This document shows, in pieces, positions 11,600 to 22,773 of a stretch of 64,000 nt of DNA. Under the pieces are notes generated by a model. The model was not told the origin of the DNA. It did not search any database and was given only the letters and a program-made list of their open reading frames with translations. The stretch is taken from positions 248,001-312,000 of the forward strand of contig MU008153.1 in the NCBI GenBank assembly GCA_010909165.1. The letters are read 5' to 3'. The translations under genes were made by a program, and so were the position numbers. The number at the start of each line of letters is the position of its first letter. The stretch's first letter is position 1. Source of the stretch: Anthoceros angustus. Taxonomy: Eukaryota > Plantae > Anthocerotophyta.

Positions 11600-14500
11600 A
11601 TGGCCGTGGAGAGGGAAATGCCGGCGGAAGTGTTTGGAAGCTTGAGTCAGAGAGTTGCTATGTTAGCACTAACGACAAGGAATGTGACCTCGGACAAGGG
11701 CCTGCCTCCCAGCCAGGTGTTGGGTTACCATGCTGGCCGGCTGGATCAGTTGGCGTTGCTGCTGAGGGAAATGCAGAGAGAGGTGGAGTTGGGTAACATG
11801 GAGGTGTCTGGCCTGGATTTAAGTGCAATGGAGGCTGAACTGATGGCGGAGGAGGAGCTGATGGAGTTTTATGCGAGCAGGAGGAGTTTGTACCTTGTTA
11901 TGGCATGCCCTTATCTCATCAAGCACTTACGCAATTCTGCTTTCATTTTGAGTCAGGCTATGGGGGTGATTGGGCAGAATGGATGCCCTCCGGATTTGAA
12001 GCAGGAGTTGTCTCAGTTGCAGAAGATTTTTGAGGAGGAAGCTCCGAAGCTGGGGGCCAAGGAGCAGCAGATCGTTGATTACTTGGAGACAGGTGTTTTG
12101 GACACTGTCGTCCATCATGATTCTCAGAGTGCGAAGCTCGCTGAGCAGATTGCGGACTGCGTGGGTCTGTCCCTTGATAGTGAGGCGTTCAAGGATGAGC
12201 TGGCTAAGTTTCAGGAGGAGAAAGGGACGGCGGAACAAAGGGAGGGAAAAGTGCATGCCATGATCCTGGACCAGTATATCAATCTGTTGGAGAGGGCTGT
12301 GGCCGAGAAGACTAATCCTGCGACACCTGTGCGTCAGGGGCCTCCCAGCAAGTCGATGACGATGAAGGAGACACCGTTTCTTCCTCTCCAGTCTTTCATA
12401 TGCCCTATCACGAAGGATGTCATGCGGGATCCCGTGCAGATTGCATCTGGCCAGACTTATGAGAGAGCTGCCATAGAGCGGTGGTTTGCAGCTGGTCACA
12501 ACAGATGTCCGTTAGGAGTAGAGCTGAAGAACACCAAAATGAAATCTAACTTTGCACTGCGGCAATCGATTGCAGAGTGGCGTGAGAGAAACTGGAGCAT
12601 CAGGATGCACATTGCTGAGGCTGGCTTGTCTTCAGAAGACCTTGAGGGCAAGCTTAAGGCTCTGGTGGACTTGCAAGCCCTGTGTGAGGAGGACTCACTG
12701 AACAGGTACTCCATATCAAATAAGGGGCTCATTCCTCCACTGGTCTATCTGGCGGAGTCCAAGAACATGGAATTGAGGACGAAAACCTTGTCTACGCTCA
12801 CAAGCTTGGCGCAGGACAATGATGAAAATCAGGTGCTGATTTATCTGCTGTCATGGTCTGTGTGCAGTTTCCCTTGACATTTATAACCCGGCCAGGATTC
12901 ATCTTGTGTTATGTGCGATTCTGCAGGAACTCATGGTCAGAGAAGGAGTCATAGACCTCGTTGTTCGCTGCCTTGCGCGGCAGTTTGATGAAGCAAAACA
13001 AGCAATCCTATTGCTGCGAGTGTTGTCAGCTAACCCTGTTTTTGCAGAGCTGATAAGCCATTCCCAGGGTGCTGTTCTTCTTTTGGTGACCTTGTTAGGC
13101 TCTGAGGAGGGTGATGTCATTGACGTTGTTAAGAGTATTCTTGAGAACCTGCCGCCTAGTGATGAGAATATTATCATTATGGCGAAAGCCAACCTGCTGA
13201 CACCTCTCATTTCTCGGCTCATAGATGGTACGCCCTTCAATTGATCTATTTCCAGTTTTGCCATAATTTCATGGGAAGCTCTTGACATTGGTGCAAGTAT
13301 GATGTACTAAGTTTAGGTTTTGTGTGTTGTTTTCTCGGTACGCAGGAAAGACTGCTTCGAAGATCCTGATGGCAAGGACTCTAGCTCGTCTCCATATCCC
13401 TGACACAAGCAAGCAAAAGCTAGCAACAGGCGAGGCAATCTCAACTCTGATCAAAATGATGGCATCGGGAAACACCGAAGAAAGTGAGAGTGCCATCAGC
13501 GCTTTGGAAGGTTTATCATCTGTAGCTGTTGTTGCTAACCTGGTTGTGGATGGTGGCGCCCTGCACATATTGAAGAGCAAGTTATTATTTCCAAGGTCAA
13601 CCGTTGAGACGAAAATCGGTGTCGCTCATATTGTTAAGAATATACTTGTGGCATGGGGCAGTAGCTTGCAAGATAATGAAGACAGCGAAGCAGAACTTGA
13701 TGGAATGATTTACACTTGTCTCTCCTTGTTGAAGCCTTTAACTCCTGCGACAGTTCAGCATCATCTCTTAATGGGTTTACTTGGCCTTGCTCGTGGGAAA
13801 CGATCCCGCAAAATTGCTAGGACAAAGATGGTAGAGCAACAAGCTTTTTCTATGCTGATGCCTTTGGTCAAAGCTGAAGCTGCCTCAGACGTGCGGAGTT
13901 CTGCCTTGCAGCTGTTTGCTAGCCTGTCACGGAGCTTCAGTTCTGAAGCTGGTGCTGCCGTAGGTGAGGATAATGCCAGCATATCGTCTTTTGTGGATGC
14001 GATGCTAAGGAATCTGGGGAGCCATGGTGAGGAACAATGGTCAGCGGCAAGAATTCTAGCTAACTTGTCGCCCTCTGACAGCAACATTACATCTGCTCTT
14101 GTCCAAGCGAATATTGTTCAAGTATTGGTGAAGCTACTGGGCTCTAATAATTCTGCATTGGAGGAAGCAGTGTCAGGGGCTCTTCTGCGTTTTACTGAAC
14201 CGAGTGATATAGAAATGCAACGGAAACTGGCGAGCCTTGGTGTCATCCCAAAGTTGCTGTCTCTTTTGGATTCAGGCAAGAGTATGGCAAAAGCAAGGGC
14301 ATGTAGAGCACTCGCCAATTTTTCCAGCAATTCAAATGCTCTGAGTCAGGGTGTTGCATCTCCGAAATGGTGGGCCTGCTTTGCCCCCGTCCAAGAAACA
14401 TGCCGCCTGCATGGAGGCATCTGCACAGTGGAGGGCAGCTTCTGCTTGCTGGAAGCTGACGCCATCACCCCTCTTCTCTCAGTCTTGAAAGATCAGGATC

Positions 14501-14850
14501 CAGATGCATGTGAAGCAGCGCTGGCAGCATTGGACACGCTGGCAAACAAAGACAACAAGAACTGGGAACAGGGGATCCATCTGATCGCCAGGGCTAAAGG
14601 AGGAGTGCCATCAGTAGTGAAAGTCCTGATCTCTGGTACTCCTGCCGCTCAGGAACTTGCTCTCAAGCTTGTTGAGAAGGTATTCTCAATCCCAGGATAC
14701 AAGGATCAGTACGGCGCAGAAGCTCAGATGCACATAATCACCGTGGCTCAACAGGGTCCTCCTCACTTGAAGCATTTGGCTGGGAAGATATTGAGGCAAC
14801 TTGACCTTCTACATAGCCAATCCCACTACTTTGCTCCGTCAGCTGGGTAG
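11600..14850 (+). CDS. U-box/ARM-repeat E3 ubiquitin ligase, SAUL1/PUB43/PUB44 type; exons 11600-12832, 12927-13227, 13346-14850
   Basis: U-box FICPITKDVMRDPVQIASGQTYERAAIERWF...CP, many ARM repeats, and the C-terminal CRLHGGICTVEGSFCLLEADA motif typical of PUB43/44. Two GT-AG introns preserve the frame. Confidence 0.93.
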
Positions 14851-15653
14851 CCTAACTCTCGCCCATCCTTAGCTGCCAAGATGGATGATCAGCTCCTCTG
14901 ACCCGGCATCCCAAGGATGGATGGTTAACTACCGCATCACGCCATACAAAGTTTGGGATTTTCACAAGAGTAACAGGATGTGGAGCCAAATGCTTACTTG
15001 ACAGCAGTCGTTGTGTGACGCAGAGTCTCGTCGTCGCGAAGGCCTGCCCGGACCTCAGCTCCAAGTCCCAACCACTATGTGCCGGAGGAGGGTGTAACAA
15101 TACAGAGTCTCTCAAGGCGCTACTTCGGGAGCACCTACCTTGTAAGTTGTAAATACCTATACAGAACTGATAAAGATCGAGATACTTTCCCTCGATTATT
15201 TCTTAGGCTTAGGCTTATCCGTTCTCGGGTCTCGCATTTCTCGGGATACCGCACGTGATTAGGTTAGCTTTAGAGTACCGGGACTCAATCCTGATTCCGG
15301 AACATCCATTCACCGAAATTGGTACCGTATCTTGTTATCCCCTACAAGTACCCAGAGAGTTCTTGCAGACATGAATTCGCCATGGGATTTCATTACAAAC
15401 CTACCGTTCCGCACGTCAGAATGATTTAAAGTCATGAATTAAAATTTTACAAGGCCAAGATAAATACGTATTGTTTGCAAGGGCCAACAACAATTGGGGT
15501 GTACACTCCATCCCGGTAGTGATGCAATGGGGGAGGGAGGGGAGGGCGGCTTGTTTAACCCTAGAAAGGATGAGATACTCAAATTGAGTTCCACTTGCTA
15601 TATTCGTGAACTTATTTATCCTCACAAAAAAATCGAGCATAATTGTCATGAAT

Positions 15654-15779
15654 AGCCACTTACTTGTAGTATATGGACAAGGCTTGGGGATACTAAGCCA
15701 GTTACTTGTAGCATACGGACAAGGCTTGAGGATACTAAGCCAGTTACTTGTAGTATACGGACAAGGCTTGAGGATACTA
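15654..15779. repeat. 42-bp tandem repeat x3
   Basis: agccagttacttgtagtatacggacaaggcttgaggatacta at 15654, 15696 and 15738. Confidence 0.92.
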
Positions 15780-15884
15780 AATAGGGTCTTGATGTGCTCA
15801 AGGGGCTGCATGTGTGCCCCCAAATACAAAGCAGCTAGTTGAGGCTGGCAAGAGGTCCAATGCGCATTTCAGTCCTCCCTTTCC

Positions 15885-16032
15885 TCAAGGAGTGACATGT
15901 AGATATGAGTTCATTGGAACTCCACACTTAAGCGTCCAAACGTCCTCCCTTCAAGGAGTGACATCCATACATGAGTTCGTTGGAACTCCATACAAGGAGT
16001 AACATCCAGACATGAGTTCATTGGAACTCCAC
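15885..16032. repeat. About 40-bp repeat x3 with uneven spacing
   Basis: caaggagt(g/a)acat...atgagttc(a/g)ttggaactcca occurs three times. Confidence 0.85.
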
Positions 16033-16050
16033 AGTTCACCGTCCTTTGCA

Positions 16051-16605
16051 GGGATCAGTTGTTAGATGGGGTGTCACCCATCCATAGGTTTATGCATGGA
16101 TCGGTTGTTAGATGGGGTGTCACCCATCCCCAGCTTTATGCACGGATCAGTGCTTAGATGGGGTGTCACCCATCCCCACCTTTATGCACGGATCAGTGCT
16201 TAGATGGGGTGTCACCCATCCCGGCTTTATGCGGATCGATTGCTTAGATGGGGTGTCACCCATCCCCACCTTTATGCACGGATCGGTGCTTAGATGGGGT
16301 GTCACCCATCCCAGCTTTATGCGGATCGGTGCTTAGATGGGGTGTCACCCATCCCGGCTTTATGCGGATCGATGCTTAGATGGGGTGTCACCCATCCCCA
16401 CCTTTATGCACCGGATCAGTGCTTAGATGGGGTGTCACCCATCCCCACCTTTATGCACGGATCAGTGCTTAGATGGGGTGTCACCCATCCCCAACTTTAT
16501 GCACGGATCAGTGCTTAGATGGGGTGTCACCCATCCCCAACTTTATGCACGCATCAGTGCTTAGATGGGCTATCACCCATCCCCAGCTTTATGCACGGAT
16601 CCGTG
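16051..16605. repeat. 43-47-bp minisatellite, about 12 units, each with a hairpin core
   Basis: Unit ggatcagtgcttaGATGGGGTGTCACCCATCcccacctttatgcac; the core is an imperfect palindrome. Confidence 0.95.
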
Positions 16606-16610
16606 CATAG

Positions 16611-16941
16611 GCGATGGGGTTGTTAGGAATAACGATATCCGTTATACATAAGCTAGCCTAGCTTGAACACACATTACACGAACAGTCACGTCCTTTGGTG
16701 CACATGCGATGGGGTTGTAAGGAATAACGATATCCGTTATGCATAAGCTAGCCTAGCTTGAACACACACTATACGAACAATCACGTCCTTTCGTGCACAA
16801 GCAATGGTTGTCAGGAATAACGATATCCGTTATGCATAAGCTGGCCTAGCTTGAACACACACTACACGAACATTCACGTCCTTTCGTGCACAAGCGATGG
16901 GGTTGTTAGGAATAACGATATCCATTATGCATAAGCTAGCT
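16611..16941. repeat. About 95-bp tandem repeat x3.5
   Basis: gcgatggggttgttaggaataacgatatccgttatgcataagctagcctagcttgaacacac... starts at 16611, 16706, 16801 and 16894. Confidence 0.92.
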
Positions 16942-17091
16942 ATTTAATTGGCAGACATGATGATCGGACCTAGCTTGGTGATGGCTAAACAATTGCCTTG
17001 ATAATACTATCTACAGATAGCAAGTTGATATTCTTAATCACATTCAAAGTCCTTCTTCCAAGTAAAATAGTATGTAGAAAACTATGTCCTC

Positions 17092-18060
17092 ATGGCTACC
17101 ACTACCAACCAAGCTTATCATACAGATAAATTGTCTTGCACCAATTATCACACTTGGTTCACAAGGTTGGAGATGTTACTTCTCAGGAATTCCTTGTGGA
17201 GCATTGTAGATAGGTATGTGCTCCCAACCAGTCAAAGGTCATGCAGAAACATTTACCTGATTGGTTGCTCGAAGATGCTCAAGCTAAGTCAGATGTTACA
17301 TGTAGATGATCGTTTGATTCCTGTCATCAAAAGATTATCAACTGCTAAAGACATATGGGATAAATTAGCAAGTACATAGTATTACCATGAGTGCAGCATG
17401 GCTTCACGGCTACATGCCCAGGATCACCTATATGCTTGCAAACTTGGTGAAAACTAATATGTATTAGAGTTTCTAGAAGCATGGCAAGTAACCTTGGATA
17501 CTCTCATTTCTACTGGTCTCAAATTAGATGATGAGACTCAGGTTATGCATCCTCTTAGGGCCCTTCCACCTTCGTGGAGTCCCTTTATTTCTACTCAAAC
17601 GAGCCTAGCCACTTCCTCACAGCCTTTGACTCTTACCTCTCTCTTCTCCATCTAGGGCAGCCCTTGAGAGCTCCACTCTTTTTTCGATGCTGGTAATTCT
17701 TTTTGCCTCCCCTGGACCTTTTGCCTTAGTTTCTAAACCTCCTCTCTATTTATCTCCTATTTGGGTCCTCTTCTTGTTTTTCCATCACTTGGTCCTGTTC
17801 TTCGTCGGTCATCTCGTTCCACCCAAGGGGTGCCATCCACCAAGTTTGCGGAGTTGGACTTTTCCCATGGCTATGGTGCTTAGGCCTGTCCTCCTCAAGG
17901 GGGCGAACCAACAACCATCTCTGAGGCTCTATCCGGGCCCCAAGCCGCTCAGTGGAAGATAGCCACTAATTAAGAGTATGCTTCACTCATCTCCAATAAA
18001 ACATGGATAATTACAAATCTTGCTCTAGGTAAGAATCTCATCACCTGCAAATGGAGAATT
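17092..18060 (+). mobile_element. Internally deleted copia fragment (gag N-terminus joined to the start of RT), pseudogenised
   Basis: KLSCTNYHTWFTRLEMLLLRNSLWSIVD and TAKDIWDKL are copia gag-like. EPTTISEALSGPQAAQWK...SLISNKTW...ITCKW at about 17905-18055 is the copia RT N-terminus. In-frame stops are present. Confidence 0.8.
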
Positions 18061-18188
18061 ATCCTCAGCTTACATTCCTAGGAGTGATCAATGAGATAAT
18101 GTTCTTACTATAGCCTTGCCAAAACCCAAGTACGAAATATGTTGTAGCGACTTGGGGACGACTTTAGTTGACGGTTCATAATTTCTCC

Positions 18189-20112
18189 CTAGTCTAGCTT
18201 AAAGGGGATAACGATATCCAATATGGTCTTCCTTCCGATGACATCACTAACTTCTTCCCTTTTCCGAGTTGTCCGCCGGTCCCGCCTCGTCCGTTCCAGC
18301 CTAGCAGGAGACCCAGGAAAGAAACATGTCCTACCCGAATCCTCCTCTAAGCCGACAGACGGAGTTGGAGAAGAAAGGGTAGCAAGCTTAACAATTGCAA
18401 CCACAACGAAAGGAGGAGCCAAGTTGGGAGACGTAGGTGTCTGATTAAAAATTGGGGCAGGAATACCGACTGGGTTAGAACCAGAAACAAAGACAGAGGG
18501 AGGGGAAGGCACACAGATGAGAGAATCCTCAAAATCCTCATCACAAGAGGTGACAGCAAAATTAGTAGAGAAACTGTCAGAAAGAGGTGCGTCCCCTGAA
18601 TCGGAATCGTGAAGCAAGGGTGTCTCCAGCAAGCAGGTTAGTGCTGCGGCCATCCGTGACAACTCCTTTAATACGATTCTCATCGTTACTGTTGCTACTG
18701 GGAATAAAGAGTGGCCATTTGATATTGAGTATCTGCAGCAAGAAGACATGAAAGCGATGAACTCTCCACCACGGTCAGTGCATAGCACTTTGATGGTTTG
18801 GCCTGTGAGATTCTCTACAAGAGCTTTGTACGCTTGAAAAGCGGTTAGGGCTTCATGCGTATGATGCAGGAAAAAGAGATGAGTGTAGTGACTAAAGTCA
18901 TCAAGAAGCAGAAACAGATGTGAGTGGCCACCAAGCGAAATAGTTTGCATGGGTCCACTTAAATTTGCGTGGATTAATTCGAGAAGCTTGGAGGCCTTGT
19001 GCTTTCTTAGAACGTAGCCATTATAGAGAGGGATGTTTCGAATGGACTTAGGAAGGCTAAGAACCATGTCCTCCTTAGACATTCTTTTGATGCCATTAAG
19101 ATGATGATGGGCTAACCATAAATGCCAAAGCTTCAATTCTAATTCTATGAGCAAGTATGCAACACTAAAACTAAGGACCGCAGCCAAGGGGATAGGAACT
19201 ATGCCACGAGCTATAGGATACAATCTGCTATGGGGAGGACACGTAAAGGACGCAACGTCACTCTTTCGAGAGAAGGTATGTATCGTACACCCTTGCTGTG
19301 TGAAAAACATTTTACTCTAATCACGTGAGAGGCACTTGAATACAGAAAGCAGATTGATTACCAAGCCAGGGACATGACCGACGTCCCTGACCATGACCAC
19401 TTGATTAGTAGGTAGTTGAACTTGAACCACGCCCTTGCTAGTGGCGTGCAGAGTGGTACCACTTCCAACTTGGACAGGAAAAGGGGCTTGTAAGTCTTCA
19501 AGGGTGAGTGCAGAGTGGTACTACTTCCAACTTGGACAGGAAAAGGGGCTTGTAAGTCTTCAAGGGTGAGTGCAGAGTGGTACTACTTCCAACTTGGACA
19601 GAAAAAGGGGCTTGTAAGTCTTCAAGGTGAGAAACCACTCATGGCGAGGGGTCATGCTCAGTGGCTCCAAAATCCATAAGCCAATCATCACAGAGAGCCA
19701 TAGAATGAGCCATGAACAGAAAAGCCGACTTGGTAGCAGCATGAGCGGACGGCTTGGGTGTGGAAGTCAAGGAAGGTAGGTTGACACCATTAGCCCTGTC
19801 CCTTTTACGCTTCCTGCAGTCAGGGGCAATGTGCCATTTTTTGGTGGAATAATGACGGACTTTGTCTTTATATGCAGGATTAGGTGGGGGAAACCGAGGC
19901 ACTAATCCATTAATGCCAATAGGCTTCCATGGCTTCCTACCACTAATAAAGAGAGCCTGGGATAGAGGAAGACACGTGTACGAAGAGCTAGATGGTGAGT
20001 TAACCGTTGGGGTAAATGTACTGTATGCTGCCCTTTTTGGAATTCGAGGGCGCGCTTCCCATACCATCCGGCTCCGCTCCTGGTGGGGTTTAAAAGGACT
20101 AAAAATGTTCAA
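18189..20112 (-). mobile_element. Truncated copia fragment (zinc knuckle, protease, GAG-pre-integrase, partial integrase)
   Basis: HIAPDCRKRK, WLMDFGATEH, LWHLWLAH, LELIHANLSGPM...LLDDFSHY and IKVLCTDRGGEF. Contains a 62-bp triplication at 19446-19630. Confidence 0.85.
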
Positions 20113-20153
20113 GTCCGAAACGGAGAGATTCCGAAGACTAGATGGTTGCTATT

Positions 20154-21956
20154 TCAATCGTCCCCGGTCATGGAGTCTCTGAAGACTGAGAGAAGCTTCA
20201 TTGCATTTTCGTCTCGATAATCTGATGCACGATTTCCTTGAAGCAGCTCTAGGCTCAGGTAGACAGCATCCGCACCGGCAAGCTTCAGTTGTACTGCGTC
20301 CTCAAGGGAGCGGACCCCCTGGAGAGATGAACAAGAGCTCATGAGAAGATTAGATCTGATGCTGGATCTGAATACAGGGACACCGCGTCAGTCTGCTTAC
20401 CGCTACAGATGTTGCTCCAAACGGCACCTCACCAATGAGAGATTTAGCAATGCTTTCCCGTAGCCCAGGTAGTGGAAGCTGCAGCCAAACAAATGTCAGA
20501 CTAAAGAAACGCAACAAAACCATGTGTGAACTCTGCATATATCTAGAGATAGAGCTTGCTGCCACCCACCGATAGACCCACTGAAATGTTGAACCCATAC
20601 AACGGTATGCCAAGGGGAATCACATCCTGTAACTCCTTCATGTTCACTACCTGCATAGAAAGACCAAAGCTTGCTTTCATGTTTAAGTTCGACTTGGAGG
20701 CACGCATGCAGACATGCGAACGAGTTGTTTGAGCGAGCTCACCTCCACAATAGCATCAAGTCCTAGGGAGGCAGTGTAGTTCAGAATAGCCGCTGTGCCT
20801 ACAAGAAAGAGAATCATGGCCGGAAACAGACTTTTATGAACAGGTGCACCAGGAGAAGGATATCTGGCTCGTTCTTGATCATCGTGACATATTGACCAAG
20901 ATGTGGACTACTCCAGCCAGGATTAGCCTTTGGCAATTACCACTTATCTCAGGAATGCTCGTTGGCATGAAACAGGTTGTTCAGCAAGATCGGTCATGAC
21001 TGTCACCTTTGCTTAGCACCGAACACACCACGGTGAGACCAGCAGCTCCAGCTTCTCGCGTCTCCACAATCTTCGAGGTGAAGCAGAGACGATGGTCAGT
21101 GCCAGGCAATACCTCAGGCTCCTCGGATACCACAGCCATTGTTCGTAATCACGTCTTTACCTGGAGAGGATGAATGATCCAGTCCTTTCTCAGTACTGGA
21201 ACCTGCACCGCTGCAACAACAACCGCAGGCTATAAGACAATATTCCTCCTTCACGCAGCAGCAGCAGACAAAATGATTTGGAGAGAAGGAGACAAGGTGA
21301 CAGAGAACCTTGGCAAACTGCTCTAAGATCCGCCATCCCGTCCGGTGATCTCTCTTCGTCAGTGCGTACAGCAAGAACATCAGCTCCTTCCCAGCCACAT
21401 GACATCTTCCCATCAGATTCCAAACCTCAAACACACATGTTCCATCGCTGGATCTCACAAGAGCAAAACACAGTGTCCAGCAGCATGCAAGCCATGGCTT
21501 ACCCCATTCCACATACTTGGAGCATCGCTGCGCAAGGCTGTCAGGAGATTCCGCAGGAGAAAGCCGAGCCACCTCCGCCACCACAGTGGTTTTCCCCTGG
21601 AAGGTGCCAGCTGCTATCCTTTCCAGAACCTGGTGGGCGGATGGCGCAGGCCGCACAGAAGCCAGCCGCTCCTCCAGCTGCCCGGCTGCCATGGCTCCCA
21701 GCTGAGACTGCAGAATCCGCTGCTTAGTCCGGATGATGCTTCCCAGCCTGGATCCCGATGAGGAAGAAGGCGCTGAGGAGGCGTCATCATCCTCCTGGCC
21801 TGCAACAACAATGCCGCCAGGTCTGCCCCGTTGCGAGAGCCTCACCACCGTCCTCTGCAGTCCGCTGCTCCGATCCTGTGGGTCGTGAGACAACGGGAAT
21901 CTAACACCCTGGTGGCAGCACGCAGTCACATATTGTGCCGGCTTCAAGGCAGCCAT
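20154..21956 (-). CDS. Divergent indole-3-glycerol-phosphate synthase (TrpC)-fold protein with a plastid-transit-like N-terminus; 8 exons (21956-21503, 21386-21309, 21210-21161, 21070-21007, 20798-20743, 20650-20570, 20478-20401, 20318-20154)
   Basis: The spliced product has IGPS landmarks VVAEVARLSP, GADVLAVRTDE, PVLRKDWIIHPLQI.E..EAGA, LGLDAIVEV and AGADAV. All introns are GT-AG and frame-preserving. Confidence 0.88.
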
Positions 21957-22132
21957 AGCTGCACACTTTCTCACGCCTTTCAATCCTCCGTGCCGAGGAA
22001 AGCATGTTACCGGCATATCTATCTGATTCCGACCCAAAACCAGATTACCTGCTCACATGTTCCCCGAGTCTGCTCCAACGGCAAAGCCAGAAAACAGACG
22101 ACGATGGCCAGACCTGGAGAATTTCACGATCC

Positions 22133-22381
22133 ATGGAGCTGGTTGGGGTTCTCATCACCATTGCCACTCACATTGTGATTCCTCTGTATTTGCTGCTCTT
22201 TGCGGTGGTTGTGCTCACGCAATGGCTCAAAGCCGATGTTTCTGAGAAGGATTACCAGATTTTCATGCTGGAACACATTTTATCTGACCAACGTAACAAC
22301 CAGCTGGAGCATCAACTGGCCAAGCAGCCAGCAGCTCCGGGGTGCACAACTCCGGAGGGGTCGGATAGCCCTGCCTGCTGA
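22133..22381 (+). CDS. Possible 82-aa single-pass membrane microprotein
   Basis: ATG in ccATGG context; hydrophobic stretch VGVLITIATHIVIPLYLLLFAVVVLTQWL followed by a polar helical tail. No homology recognised. Confidence 0.25.
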   Translation: MELVGVLITIATHIVIPLYLLLFAVVVLTQWLKADVSEKDYQIFMLEHILSDQRNNQLEHQLAKQPAAPGCTTPEGSDSPAC

Positions 22382-22773
22382 AATCCAAGTCCTGGCTGGG
22401 ACAGGACAAAACGACAGCTTGTTCAGGAAGCTGTTTCTGGAAAACGAGCTTCAAGGCAGCAAGGGTGGAACCCAATTTTAGTCCGCAATGTGGTGTAATT
22501 GCGAGTGCACTGCCTTTGTGCCTAGATCTGTAAGACGAAGCTTTGCAGACTGTTTGTCATAGAATGTTGAAAAGAATGTTCGAGAGAAATCTGAGAAACC
22601 TGTTGAGAGACGATTGGCAGCGACTACATGTATGTGGCCCTGGCTCGGCCAGCCAGCGGCCAAATGTCGAGCGGGACCCAGCTAGCTGCTGGTAACCTCA
22701 GCGGGTGTTTCCTTTGGCTGGAATTCAAACCCATGAAAACAGGACCATCTGCCAAGCTTGGTTACTGCCGACG

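Noticed and set aside
16051-16605. CRISPR-like array of palindromic repeats
   Set aside because: The sequences between the palindromes are near-identical rather than unique spacers, there are no cas genes, and the context is eukaryotic.
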